DNA of 64,000 bases from Deltaproteobacteria bacterium (GCA_016927065.1 JAFGNJ010000020.1:10923-74922); one strand, 5' to 3'; shown: positions 40,541 through 49,716, counted from the stretch's first letter. The notes: generated by a model not told the origin, from the letters alone. Numbers and translations are program-made.

Positions 40541-40569
40541 TGTTACCCTCTTTGATAAAGAGGGTAACA
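40541..40569. repeat. Perfect 13-bp hairpin TGTTACCCTCTTT-GAT-AAAGAGGGTAACA
   Basis: Seen directly between two accessory genes. Confidence 0.75.
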
Positions 40570-40631
40570 ATTGAGGGGGATAATACAGCAAGGCAAATTT
40601 ACCCGACAATCAGTGGTTAAGCAGAAAATTT

Positions 40632-41174
40632 ATGAATTGGTTACAATTTATTTTGGGATTTGGGGCTGGCTTTGTTGTGGCGGTCCTACTTGCACTCTGG
40701 ATCTGGATGAAACATGGGTACAAACATATTTATATTCAACATAGTGCGCCTGAAGAAATAAAATCTATAGTCGAATTTCAACCATATGTAAAATGGCTTA
40801 TCGCTACCGAAGCAGACGAAGGAGAATTATATTTTCGAACAAAAAAACCAGTGTTCCTACTTAGGATGCAGAAGTTAAAATTTAAAAACAAACCAGATGT
40901 TATAGAAATTGACATTCGAAGCAGCGATGAAAACAACCAGCATTACTTAGCTGTTAGAGAGGGATTGAGTCAAAATGAAATAGATTTTAAAGAGCGCTTC
41001 ACTCCAAAACAGAAGAGGCCTAAAGATATGCGTGTGAGAATTGAGGTTGGTGCATTTGCACCAGCTGCTGTAGCAAATATACTAAAAATAATTACAACTT
41101 CAATTGGATGCAATGCAAATGAAGGAATATATGTTAGTGAACGGCATCCAAGTTTTTGGAGCAACACCGCTTAA
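40632..41174 (+). CDS. Membrane-anchored hypothetical protein in an integron-type gene cassette
   Basis: N-terminal TM helix; bounded by core GTTAAGC (40616-40622) and the exactly complementary inverse core GCTTAAC (41169-41175), which contains its stop codon. Confidence 0.75.
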   Translation: MNWLQFILGFGAGFVVAVLLALWIWMKHGYKHIYIQHSAPEEIKSIVEFQPYVKWLIATEADEGELYFRTKKPVFLLRMQKLKFKNKPDVIEIDIRSSDENNQHYLAVREGLSQNEIDFKERFTPKQKRPKDMRVRIEVGAFAPAAVANILKIITTSIGCNANEGIYVSERHPSFWSNTA

Positions 41175-41232
41175 CAATTTAATAAACGGATTGGCTGAAA
41201 CACCTGCCAAGCCGGTTATCAAAACGTTGGAC
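41169..41232 (+). mobile_element. Integron attC site (64 bp)
   Basis: GCTTAAC-AATTT-AATAAACGGATTGGC-TGAAACACCT-GCCAAGCCGGTTAT-CAAAAC-GTTGGAC. Confidence 0.82.
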
Positions 41233-41245
41233 ATGAGTCAATAAG

Positions 41246-41695
41246 ATGAAATCAACCTGCATATCACTCGCTTCTTTGCTTCTGCTGGCGGCTTTCTGTC
41301 TCGCAGCCGACAATCCAGCTAGGGGCAAGAACGTGGCCTACCTCGGCGGCGAAATGAACAAGACCCCTGCAGAATGGATTGGGAAAAAGGTAGCGGATAT
41401 TCTTCCCACAGGTACGGTCAGCAAAGTCATCATCCTTCGCTCCATGTCGAGCGCTCCACTAGCCTATCATGAAGCTGCACTTGGTCGTCTATGGACTGTC
41501 CCCCTCAAGGTAATCGCAGTGGGAAATCCAAAACTCGATGCCGAAGCTTGGTTCGACGCAGTCATTGTGCTGAAATCGGGTGACTATGTAAGGGTCACGT
41601 TCTGGAACGAGCATGGTCGCTTCGTGACTACTCAGGGAATCGGATACTTTAACCGGAAGGAAATCTATGCCCAACCCAAAGAGGGGGGAAAGTGA
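41246..41695 (+). CDS. Hypothetical exported protein (second cassette)
   Basis: Starts 14 bp after core GTTGGAC; signal peptide (CLA-AD); residual inverse core GCCCAAC at 41669-41675. Confidence 0.68.
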   Translation: MKSTCISLASLLLLAAFCLAADNPARGKNVAYLGGEMNKTPAEWIGKKVADILPTGTVSKVIILRSMSSAPLAYHEAALGRLWTVPLKVIAVGNPKLDAEAWFDAVIVLKSGDYVRVTFWNEHGRFVTTQGIGYFNRKEIYAQPKEGGK

Positions 41696-41738
41696 AAGTA
41701 ACGAAGGCGATCCTCTTAATATAAAATTTGAGGTGACC

Positions 41739-41752
41739 AGAACCGCCCCCTT
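41739..41752 (-). repeat. Right 14-bp inverted repeat AGAACCGCCCCCTT
   Basis: Exact reverse complement of 38050-38063. Confidence 0.75.
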
Positions 41753-41760
41753 GTTTTTTG

Positions 41761-42810
41761 CTACTTTTCAAATAATTTCAAAAACTCTTCATATCCTTCT
41801 TTTCCCAGATCCGCAACAGGGATAAACCGCAGCGCGGCGGAGTTGATGCAATAGCGAAGACCGGTCGGCGCAGGGCCGTCAGAAAAGACATGGCCAAGGT
41901 GTGAATCCGCGTTCTTACTTCTCACCTCTGTCCTCACCATCAGCAGCGACCTATCCTTTTTTTCAACGATATTCTCCGGCACCAGAGGCCTGGTAAAACT
42001 CGGCCACCCGGTTCCGGAGTCGAATTTATCCTGTGAGCTGAAGAGCGGCTCACCTGAAACAATATCGACATAGATCCCCGCTTTTTTGTTGTCCCAGTAT
42101 TCGTTGTCAAATGGCCTCTCAGTGCCGTTTTCTTGCGTGACATGGTATTGCAAAGGCGTCAGTCTCTTTTTTAATGCGCTTATATCCTTTTCCCCCTTTG
42201 TGCCCCAGATCTTTGCTAAAAATTGATCTCGGCCGGAACCGTTTCTATACAACTGATAGTGCGATGGATTTTTCTTGTAATAATCCTGGTGATATTCTTC
42301 AGCCTTATAAAACGTCGAAGCGCGAATGATGGGGGTAACAATCGGCTTATCGAAGAGCTTTTTCTTTTCCAAGGCCCGTTTTGATTCCTCAGCCAAGCGC
42401 TTTTGCTCGTTATCAAAATAAAAGATGGCTGTCGAATACGCCTTGCCTCTATCAGCGAATTGGCCGCCGGGATCAGTTGGATCTATCTGCTGCCAAAATA
42501 CCTCCAACAGCTGAGTATAGGTGATGTTCTGGGGATCATATACAATTTCCACGGCCTCACTATGGCCCCCTGAGGCGTAATCTTTATATGTGGGATTTTT
42601 ACTTGTACCGCCCGTGTAACCGGATGTAACTGAAACTACGCCTTCTAATTCTTCAAATGATTTTTCCATGCACCAAAAACAGCCCCCCGCAAACAGGGCC
42701 TTTTTGAGCTTTGATGTATCTTGCGCATGGGTGATGCTACCGAGTAATAACGGAAAAAGAAACATTGCAATTGCAGCTATATACTCCAGTTGTATATTCA
42801 TATTCTTCAT
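41761..42810 (-). CDS. msrAB: Exported bifunctional methionine sulfoxide reductase MsrA/MsrB
   Basis: [36 protein letters not shown]; signal peptide. Confidence 0.95.
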   Translation of the reverse strand: MKNMNIQLEYIAAIAMFLFPLLLGSITHAQDTSKLKKALFAGGCFWCMEKSFEELEGVVSVTSGYTGGTSKNPTYKDYASGGHSEAVEIVYDPQNITYTQLLEVFWQQIDPTDPGGQFADRGKAYSTAIFYFDNEQKRLAEESKRALEKKKLFDKPIVTPIIRASTFYKAEEYHQDYYKKNPSHYQLYRNGSGRDQFLAKIWGTKGEKDISALKKRLTPLQYHVTQENGTERPFDNEYWDNKKAGIYVDIVSGEPLFSSQDKFDSGTGWPSFTRPLVPENIVEKKDRSLLMVRTEVRSKNADSHLGHVFSDGPAPTGLRYCINSAALRFIPVADLGKEGYEEFLKLFEK

Positions 42811-42932
42811 GTCGCACCTCACTCCTTGTAATTTTAGTATTAATTAAAATATAAGCACGAAATGGTCTAAACGAAGAAAAAAGATCGGTCCGAGTGGAGA
42901 ACCCCCCACTTTCCTCACATAGTAATTCCTGG

Positions 42933-42961
42933 TTGACAGAGGAATAGCAGCAGGATATCTT
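42933..42961 (+). promoter_or_regulatory. Sigma70-type promoter of the queuosine-precursor transporter gene
   Basis: TTGACA-N17-TATCTT. Confidence 0.6.
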
Positions 42962-43014
42962 CGGGTACTGTAGCTCAGTATTGCAAAAAGTCAAAAAAGC
43001 AAGGAATCGCCTAA

Positions 43015-43707
43015 ATGCCCGTTCCTCTTGTATGGATTTATTGGATCGTTAGTTTGACCATCGTTACCTATGCCAGCGCTGCTATCGTCAAGCGTTTTCC
43101 CGAACACGGCTTCGCGGCGCTGGTGGCCTTTTACACCATCTACCTGGGTGCCTCTCAGATCATGGCGGTCAGAATCGTGGAGTTTGACCTGGGGTTTCAT
43201 CGTTTTTTCGCCCCTGCCTCCGTATTCATCTACCCCTTTGTCGCCCAGGCCATCGATATGATCAACGAGGCCTACGGGAAGAGCAAGGCCCACCTGGCGA
43301 TCATCATCGCCTTCATCACCCAGGTGTTGCTCGTTGCCTTTATCCTGATGGTGAAGAACCTCTCCCCTGCCCCCTTTTTCCCATATGAGGAGGCCTGGCA
43401 GAAGATGTTTGCATTGGGGATCAGGATCACGGCGGCCTCATGGATCGCCTTCCTGATCTGTCAGAACCTCGACGCCTATGTCTTCGCCTGGCTGAAGAAG
43501 CGGTACGAAAAGCGCATCTGGCTGCGCAGTATTAGCAGCGACGTCCTGGACCTAACGCTGGACAGTGTGATCTTTGTGACCCTGGCCTTCGCTGGTGTCT
43601 TGCCTATTTTGCCCCTCATCATCGGACAGATCGTCAGCAAAAACGTCATCGGCCTCCTGGACACCCCCTGGTTTGTCTGGTACAAAAGAATATTGGGGCG
43701 AAAATAA
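43015..43707 (+). CDS. Queuosine precursor transporter (YhhQ/VUT, DUF165)
   Basis: IYPF..DMINEAYG, RITAASWIAFLICQNLD, WLRS, DSVIF, DTP. Confidence 0.85.
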   Translation: MPVPLVWIYWIVSLTIVTYASAAIVKRFPEHGFAALVAFYTIYLGASQIMAVRIVEFDLGFHRFFAPASVFIYPFVAQAIDMINEAYGKSKAHLAIIIAFITQVLLVAFILMVKNLSPAPFFPYEEAWQKMFALGIRITAASWIAFLICQNLDAYVFAWLKKRYEKRIWLRSISSDVLDLTLDSVIFVTLAFAGVLPILPLIIGQIVSKNVIGLLDTPWFVWYKRILGRK

Positions 43708-43801
43708 TCTACCGTTTTGCGCTGTTCACATCTGTAACAATGTTACAAATGAACCCTATCTATTCAACTAAAACAAGCTTCGTAACTAAGAGGAGGAAGG
43801 G

Positions 43802-44080
43802 ATGGAAATTAAGATATTTGCCGCGGTCTTTGCAAGCATCTTCCTGGCCGAGTTGGGGGATAAGACCCAACTGGCGACCCTGCTGCTTGCCTCAGATAGA
43901 GGGGTTAATAAGGTGGGCCTGTTTGTGGCTGCCTCTTCGGCCCTGGTGCTGGCGACCTTTATGGCAGTTGTTGCCGGATCGTTTGTCAGCCGCTGGGTCT
44001 CCCCGCAGGTTATTAAGGTCATTGCCGGTATAGGGTTTATCGCGATCGGTATCTGGGTATTGTGGGGAGCGAGGACATAG
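43802..44080 (+). CDS. UPF0016/GDT1/TMEM165 family Mn2+/Ca2+ transporter, single-domain form
   Basis: One ELGDKTQ motif, 3 TM segments, 92 aa. Confidence 0.88.
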   Translation: MEIKIFAAVFASIFLAELGDKTQLATLLLASDRGVNKVGLFVAASSALVLATFMAVVAGSFVSRWVSPQVIKVIAGIGFIAIGIWVLWGART

Positions 44081-44247
44081 CTGAATAAGGGGAAACATTG
44101 TGCATGGAGCGCAAACTCTCCACCAAGCTATGCGTCATGTATAAGTAAGGTATAAGGTTTGGTGATGATGTAATAAATTTTCGTTATTTTCTTAGATACC
44201 TTTGCAAGTCTAACAGGTCAAGTGTTTCCTTTGCTTTTTACTCATGA

Positions 44248-44613
44248 TCACCAGAGGCGTTTGATTTCTTTTATCGTCTGGTTGGTGAGGCGACGGTACG
44301 TTTGGTCAGGGTGAGCCAGCACGGTGAGAAGGATGTCATGCCCATTGATGGCAAAGTAACGACAGACGAGGCGGGTGCCGTCATCGCCCACGATGGAGAT
44401 CTCATCCACCTGGGGGAGGCGTAATTCTCGATTAAGCTTGTTAGCCGTATCATTAAGCAAGGCTACCATGGCCGCCGTCATTTGATCCTCATAATAGAGC
44501 GGCGAAGACGCAAGAGGTAATCCGTCTTTGAGTGAAAGTACTGCCGCTTCGAAATTACCATCTTGGTTCATCCTGGATAAGGCCTTTTCAAAAAGCTCTT
44601 GCTTAGATCCCAT
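44248..44613 (-). CDS. Roadblock/LC7-domain protein
   Basis: AAVLSLKDGLPLAS..AAMVA roadblock pattern; downstream of mglB. Confidence 0.75.
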   Translation of the reverse strand: MGSKQELFEKALSRMNQDGNFEAAVLSLKDGLPLASSPLYYEDQMTAAMVALLNDTANKLNRELRLPQVDEISIVGDDGTRLVCRYFAINGHDILLTVLAHPDQTYRRLTNQTIKEIKRLW

Positions 44614-44652
44614 AGCGCTCCTCACTATCTACGGCTATCGCCGTTAGGTTAC

Positions 44653-45186
44653 TTAATGTTCTGTAATCTTTTCAAGCTCTTTGTCCAAAAGACGATCAAA
44701 TTCTTCGTCCACAAGCTGCATCTTCACCTGAACAACTTCAGAATTGTTCATCGATACTTCATGTATGATCTCTGACAACCTGTGGCGAGCCTGTTCTACG
44801 AAAACTCGCACGACACCAATTTTTACCTCATTGCCGAAGGCCACACTCAAAATGACCACATCAGCCACACTAGTAGAAAAGATGCTGTAATCTTCCGTTT
44901 CATGCAAAAGATTGATAAAGGGTGTCTTTTTAGCTAAAAGCTTAATAAACTCCACACTCGCTGCATGGCTGCCGGCGATCAGAGCCGCGAGGGCTTCGGC
45001 CTTTTTTGCGTCGATGTGGCCTCGAGATACAATCAGTTGTCCGGTGGTGTCGGTCAGCAGTATGGTTGGTGCCCCTGTGCTGCCAACCAATTCATCAAGA
45101 CACGCATCGACTTTTTCCATCTGTTCGGTGCTGAACTGGGCGGCATCAGGAATGGCAAAATCATAACAGGATGAGGACATAATCAT
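44653..45186 (-). CDS. mglB: MglB-type roadblock protein (GTPase-activating)
   Basis: LLTDTTGQLI..ALAALIAGSHAAS..IGVVR; adjacent to mglA. Confidence 0.78.
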   Translation of the reverse strand: MIMSSSCYDFAIPDAAQFSTEQMEKVDACLDELVGSTGAPTILLTDTTGQLIVSRGHIDAKKAEALAALIAGSHAASVEFIKLLAKKTPFINLLHETEDYSIFSTSVADVVILSVAFGNEVKIGVVRVFVEQARHRLSEIIHEVSMNNSEVVQVKMQLVDEEFDRLLDKELEKITEH

Positions 45187-45197
45187 TTCCTTTAGAA

Positions 45198-45773
45198 TTA
45201 CATTTTTCTCTGGGTGACCTGAGTAATGATGGCCTTCATGGTATCAAATACGCTCTTGCCCTCCGTCGCGATCGCTCCGAAACGGGGCTGCCCATTTAAG
45301 CCCAGCCGCTTGCTCAGCTCATCAGGAGCAGTAGCAGACGAAAGATCCTGTTTGTTACATTGCAGGACAAAGGGAAACTCGCTCAGGGAACTCCCTTTCT
45401 CTTTAAGATATCCTCCCAACTCGGTCAGACTTTCGATATTCTCTTTTAGCCTATCTTCCTGCGAATCGGCAACAAAAACCACTCCGTCAACCCCCCGCAG
45501 TACTAATCTGCGACTGGCAGTATACATCGGTTGGCCAGGGACCGTATAAAAATTAAATTTTGGTTTTAGACCGTTGATCGTTGTCAATTCAATATACAAA
45601 AAATCAAAGAAAAGGGTGCGATCCCCTTCCGTCTTAACAGAGACCAATTCCCCCCGCAGCTGAGGGTTGATGTGATCGTGAATAAATTCAACGTTTGTGG
45701 TCTTGCCACCGCCACCCACGCCGTAGTAGACGACCTTGAAACTAATCTCTCCTCGTTGATGATTAATAAGCAC
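45198..45773 (-). CDS. mglA: MglA-family small GTPase
   Basis: KVVYYG..GKTTN, DRTLFFDF, YTVPGQ, GVDGVVFVADS, NKQD. Confidence 0.92.
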   Translation of the reverse strand: MLINHQRGEISFKVVYYGVGGGGKTTNVEFIHDHINPQLRGELVSVKTEGDRTLFFDFLYIELTTINGLKPKFNFYTVPGQPMYTASRRLVLRGVDGVVFVADSQEDRLKENIESLTELGGYLKEKGSSLSEFPFVLQCNKQDLSSATAPDELSKRLGLNGQPRFGAIATEGKSVFDTMKAIITQVTQRKM

Positions 45774-45932
45774 TGTTATTCCTTCTTCATATAGCTAATC
45801 TGCCTTGTGATTGATACCTTTTACCAAACTCTTACCAGTCAATGCACAAAACCGCAAAGTAGATGCCTTCTCTTTGCCTGCCGTTAAGTTCGCCACTCCA
45901 TTACTCCTTTCAGTAGCCCTCATAATAACAGG

Positions 45933-45948
45933 AGCAATTTATGTGCCG
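45933..45948 (-). promoter_or_regulatory. Sigma54 (-24/-12) promoter upstream of mglA
   Basis: Minus strand CGGCAC-ATAAA-TTGCT matches TGGCAC-N5-TTGCW with one mismatch. Confidence 0.65.
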
Positions 45949-46026
45949 AAATTCTGTTTTGCCCTTATCTAATTTCCTAGAATTATTGGACTTTTATTCT
46001 CCCCAATTAAGCAGTATCTCCAAATG

Positions 46027-46071
46027 AAAAAAGTGACAATTATTGTCACTTTTTTGTGAGGCAATTGTCAC
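46027..46071. promoter_or_regulatory. Palindromic operator/enhancer (possible UAS of a sigma54 activator)
   Basis: AAAAAAGTGACAAT-T-ATTGTCACTTTTTT (14-bp perfect arms) plus a second site GTGAGGCAATTGTCAC, 80-120 bp upstream of the -24 box. Confidence 0.6.
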
Positions 46072-46229
46072 GTGCCCTTAAAAACCTGGGATGGGGTCTA
46101 ATCTATATGTAATGAAATAATGACGCGTTAGATTTCAGTGAGGCACAACCTATTCTCATAACAGCGACAAACGGAATTCGTACGTGCTCATCCAAGAGAA
46201 AAGTTTTTATGTGTCCTGGATTTTTCTGG

Positions 46230-47909
46230 TCATCTCGCCTGAAGCTTTTTCTCTATGTCTTCCCGTAGGGATCGTTTGTCTACTTTTTCCGCTCCGGTAT
46301 AGGGCATGGTTTTGATATATTCGATCCGCTCTGGAAGCTGGAGCACAGAGGCCTTCTGCCCTTTTAAGAAGGAAATGATCTCCTCAAAAGTCGGGTGGGA
46401 CCCGGCCTTGGGCTGGATATAGGCACAAACCCTCTCACCCATGGTTTGATCAGGCATTGCGATCACGGCCACGGCTGCAACATCCGGGTGGCGGCTAATG
46501 AGTCTTTCAATTTCCGTTGCGCTGATACTCTCACCCCCCCGGTTGATCATCTCTTTGATGCGGCCGGTAAGCCTAATGTAGCCTCGTTCATCGATTTTGG
46601 CCACATCGCCGGTCTTAAAGAATCCATTCTGGGTAAATGCCCTTTTATTTTCCTCTAGATTATTATAATAGCCTGTAAATACACCGGGGCCCTTAACGAC
46701 CAATTCACCCTCGCTATGAGGGGGAAGTTCATGCCCCTGTGGATCAACAATCTTGTACATGTCATAGGGGCACGTAGGTCTACCCACAGTAGAACAGATC
46801 GTTGCTAAATCATCATCGGTGCGTGTGATGGTCGTCATTCCTTCTGTTGCGCCGTAGCCATTGTAAAACTTCATCTGCAACTTTTCCGTGACATCTTTGA
46901 CGAGATCAGGGTGACTTGCTCCCCCTGCACTGTGCATCTTTTTCAAGGAACTCAAATCATGCTTGTCAAGATCTTTGTATTGAAGCATTCTTTGCGCCAG
47001 CGTGGGAACCCAAATGATTGACGTAACTTTTTCTCTTGCAATGATATCGCATATCTCTCTATCTTCTGTAGAATCTAGAAATATAACCTTTCCACACGTG
47101 ATGATACTCCCGATAAACCCCTTGGAGAATGTCAGATCATGTCCTATGGGACCAGCAAGGAGATTAATATCCTGGCAATGCTGCTCCCAGGCTTTTGAAC
47201 AGTATTCAATGCCCGTAATGAGGCTGTTGTGCGAGCGAGGGACAATCTTCGGTGCGCCGGTTGTCCCTCCAGTCGGTCCCATGTGGGCTACCTGCATGGG
47301 ATCCGGGCGTCTGCTGGCGAGCCGGGTCAGATTCTCCTCCGTCAATTCAACCTCCTCGATCAATCTTTCGAGGCTTGAAAAGGGCTGCTGATCACCGTCT
47401 CCCCGGACAGTGATGACATGCTCAAGTTCCGGATGTTCTTCCAGGACGTCATTGACAATAGGGATGTAATCTGTCTTTCTGTATCTGAAAGCAACGATCC
47501 AGGCTGTGGCCCCTGTAAGGCTCAGCAGGTGGTTGATCTCAAACTGGCGATATCGTTCAATCAATAATACCGGGATTGCGCCAATCTTTTGCAGGGCAAA
47601 ATAAGCGAAAACGAACTCGTTCCAGTTTGGAAGTTGAAGCAGAACCCGATCCAGGGGTTGGATGCCCAAATCCATAAGCCCAATGGCCAGCCTATTTGTC
47701 TTGTCCCGCGCCTCCCCATAGGTCAGGCGCGTCTTCCGATCCACAAAGGCTTCTTTGTCCGGATGAATATCCGCAGCCCTGTCAAGTACATCACCAAATG
47801 TCAGTCCTGACCACCATCGAAGTCTCGTATACTTTTCTGCATCGTCTTTGTTATAGGGGGTAACTCCTTCTAGGAGTTTAGTCATACCTGATCGTTCCAT
47901 TCTACTCAT
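46230..47909 (-). CDS. Aryl/acyl-CoA (AMP-forming) ligase, DhbE/EntE-like
   Basis: TGGTTGAPK, YGATEG, TGD, GRIKEMINRGGE, LPER; the start may be at 47885. Confidence 0.88.
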   Translation of the reverse strand: MSRMERSGMTKLLEGVTPYNKDDAEKYTRLRWWSGLTFGDVLDRAADIHPDKEAFVDRKTRLTYGEARDKTNRLAIGLMDLGIQPLDRVLLQLPNWNEFVFAYFALQKIGAIPVLLIERYRQFEINHLLSLTGATAWIVAFRYRKTDYIPIVNDVLEEHPELEHVITVRGDGDQQPFSSLERLIEEVELTEENLTRLASRRPDPMQVAHMGPTGGTTGAPKIVPRSHNSLITGIEYCSKAWEQHCQDINLLAGPIGHDLTFSKGFIGSIITCGKVIFLDSTEDREICDIIAREKVTSIIWVPTLAQRMLQYKDLDKHDLSSLKKMHSAGGASHPDLVKDVTEKLQMKFYNGYGATEGMTTITRTDDDLATICSTVGRPTCPYDMYKIVDPQGHELPPHSEGELVVKGPGVFTGYYNNLEENKRAFTQNGFFKTGDVAKIDERGYIRLTGRIKEMINRGGESISATEIERLISRHPDVAAVAVIAMPDQTMGERVCAYIQPKAGSHPTFEEIISFLKGQKASVLQLPERIEYIKTMPYTGAEKVDKRSLREDIEKKLQAR

Positions 47910-48049
47910 TAATTAACGTGATAAAAAGATAGCGTTAAGAACTTTTTTCTTCTCCTTTTTAACACCACCCGATCACCCTCTCGCGATGCAGGTCATCATA
48001 CGTGAGTTACTCTATCTTTATTTAAAAGCCGATTCCTGATATTTCGATC

Positions 48050-48811
48050 CTAAAAAACAAACAGATCAAGGCCTCCTAACATATTCACCACCGCACCGGT
48101 CATGTACCGGGCTTCGTCCGATACCACATAGGTGATGGCATCGGCGATCTCCTGGGGGTCTGCAAACCGGCCGATAGCCGTTCTCTTCTCAACCCTTTTG
48201 AGGACCTCTTCCTGAAGGAGCGTAGAGGCATCGGTTGCGGCTAAACCGACTAATACACAATTTGTCGTAATATTGTATCGAGCCCCCTCCAATGCCGTTG
48301 ACTTTGCCAGGGCGATCAGCCCCGCCTTGGCAGCACCGTAGCTCGTCTGACCATACCCACCTATAACACCGGCAACAGAGGTTATATTAACGATCCGTCC
48401 CCACTTGCTGGCACACATATCCGCCCATGCCTCCTTGATGCAATAAAAGGCGGAATTCAGGCAGACCTTAACCTCATTATCCCATTCCTCTATGGTGGTC
48501 TTAGCAATGGTGATATTATGGCCCATAAGGGCAGCATTGTTCACCAAGATATTCACTGGTCCAAGCTCATTTTTTATGGCCGCAAAGGCCTTTTGGACAT
48601 CCGCATGATCCCTTCCATCCATTTTGACGGCCAGCGATTGTCGGCCAAGGGCCTTTATCTCTTCGGCCACAGATAGGGCCCCTTCCATGTGGTTAAAGCC
48701 GCTCACAGCTACGTCAGCCCCGTGTCGTGCAAAGGTAAGGGCGATGGCCCTGCCAATACCCCGGGGCATTGATGCACCAGTTACGAAAGCCTTCTTGCCT
48801 TGCAATGACAT
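48050..48811 (-). CDS. SDR-family oxidoreductase (paralog 2)
   Basis: TGASMPRGIG, NNAA, catalytic S and YGAAK. Confidence 0.9.
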   Translation of the reverse strand: MSLQGKKAFVTGASMPRGIGRAIALTFARHGADVAVSGFNHMEGALSVAEEIKALGRQSLAVKMDGRDHADVQKAFAAIKNELGPVNILVNNAALMGHNITIAKTTIEEWDNEVKVCLNSAFYCIKEAWADMCASKWGRIVNITSVAGVIGGYGQTSYGAAKAGLIALAKSTALEGARYNITTNCVLVGLAATDASTLLQEEVLKRVEKRTAIGRFADPQEIADAITYVVSDEARYMTGAVVNMLGGLDLFVF

Positions 48812-48852
48812 ACGCGCTCCCTGTATCAACGTCCTACAGAAATAAAAAAATC

Positions 48853-49617
48853 CTAAAAAACAAACAGGTCAAGACCGCCCACCATATTCATCACACCACC
48901 GGTCATGTACCGAGCCTCATCCGATACTACATAAGCAACGGCATCAGCGATCTCCTGAGGATCAGAAGGCCTGCCTATGGCCGTTCTCTTTTCAATCCTT
49001 TGGCGGACCTCTTCCGGGATCGGTTCATAATAGGCCTCCGTATTGGCTATGCCGACTAAAACACAATTTGCGGTTATATTGAAGCGAGCCCCCTCCAATG
49101 CCGTTGACTTTGCCAGGCCGATCAGTCCTGCCTTGGCAGCACCGTAGCTCGTCTGTCCATACCCACCCATGACTCCGGCAACAGAGGTCATATTGACGAT
49201 TCGGCCCCACTTATTAGCACACATATCTGCCCATGCCTCCTTGATGCAATAGAAGGCGGAATGCAGGCAGAGTTTAACCTCATTCTCCCAGTCTTCTATC
49301 GTGGTCTTGGCAAGGGTCACCATACGACGCATCTGGGCGGCATTGTTCACCAAAATATTCACAGGGCCCAACGCATCTTTTATGGCAGAAAAGGCCTTCT
49401 GGACATCTGCGTAATCCCTCCCGTTCATTTTAACCGCCACCGATCTTCTGCCCATTGATTGTATTTCATCTGCTACAGCCTGGGCCCCTTCTATATGGTT
49501 AAAGCCGGTTACTGCGACATCCGCACCGTGTCTTGCCAAGGTAAGGGCGATGGCCTTGCCGATGCCTTGCGGCATAGTAGCGCCTGTTACCAATGCGATC
49601 TTGCCTTCTAACGACAT
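48853..49617 (-). CDS. SDR-family oxidoreductase (paralog 1)
   Basis: TGATMPQGIG, NNAA, catalytic S and YGAAK. Confidence 0.9.
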   Translation of the reverse strand: MSLEGKIALVTGATMPQGIGKAIALTLARHGADVAVTGFNHIEGAQAVADEIQSMGRRSVAVKMNGRDYADVQKAFSAIKDALGPVNILVNNAAQMRRMVTLAKTTIEDWENEVKLCLHSAFYCIKEAWADMCANKWGRIVNMTSVAGVMGGYGQTSYGAAKAGLIGLAKSTALEGARFNITANCVLVGIANTEAYYEPIPEEVRQRIEKRTAIGRPSDPQEIADAVAYVVSDEARYMTGGVMNMVGGLDLFVF

Positions 49618-49716
49618 ATACTCTCCTCCTCTAGTATTTATATTTACGATGCTGTCTGCATTCTACAGTGAGCCATATCGTACCTATCAAGGGGAGCGGA
49701 TTTTACCTCCCTCCTC

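Noticed and set aside
45793..45910. Possible 33-aa leader ORF (GTG-ANLTAGKEK...) or 5-aa ORF behind AAAGGAG upstream of mglA
   Set aside because: Too short and featureless to support without conservation data
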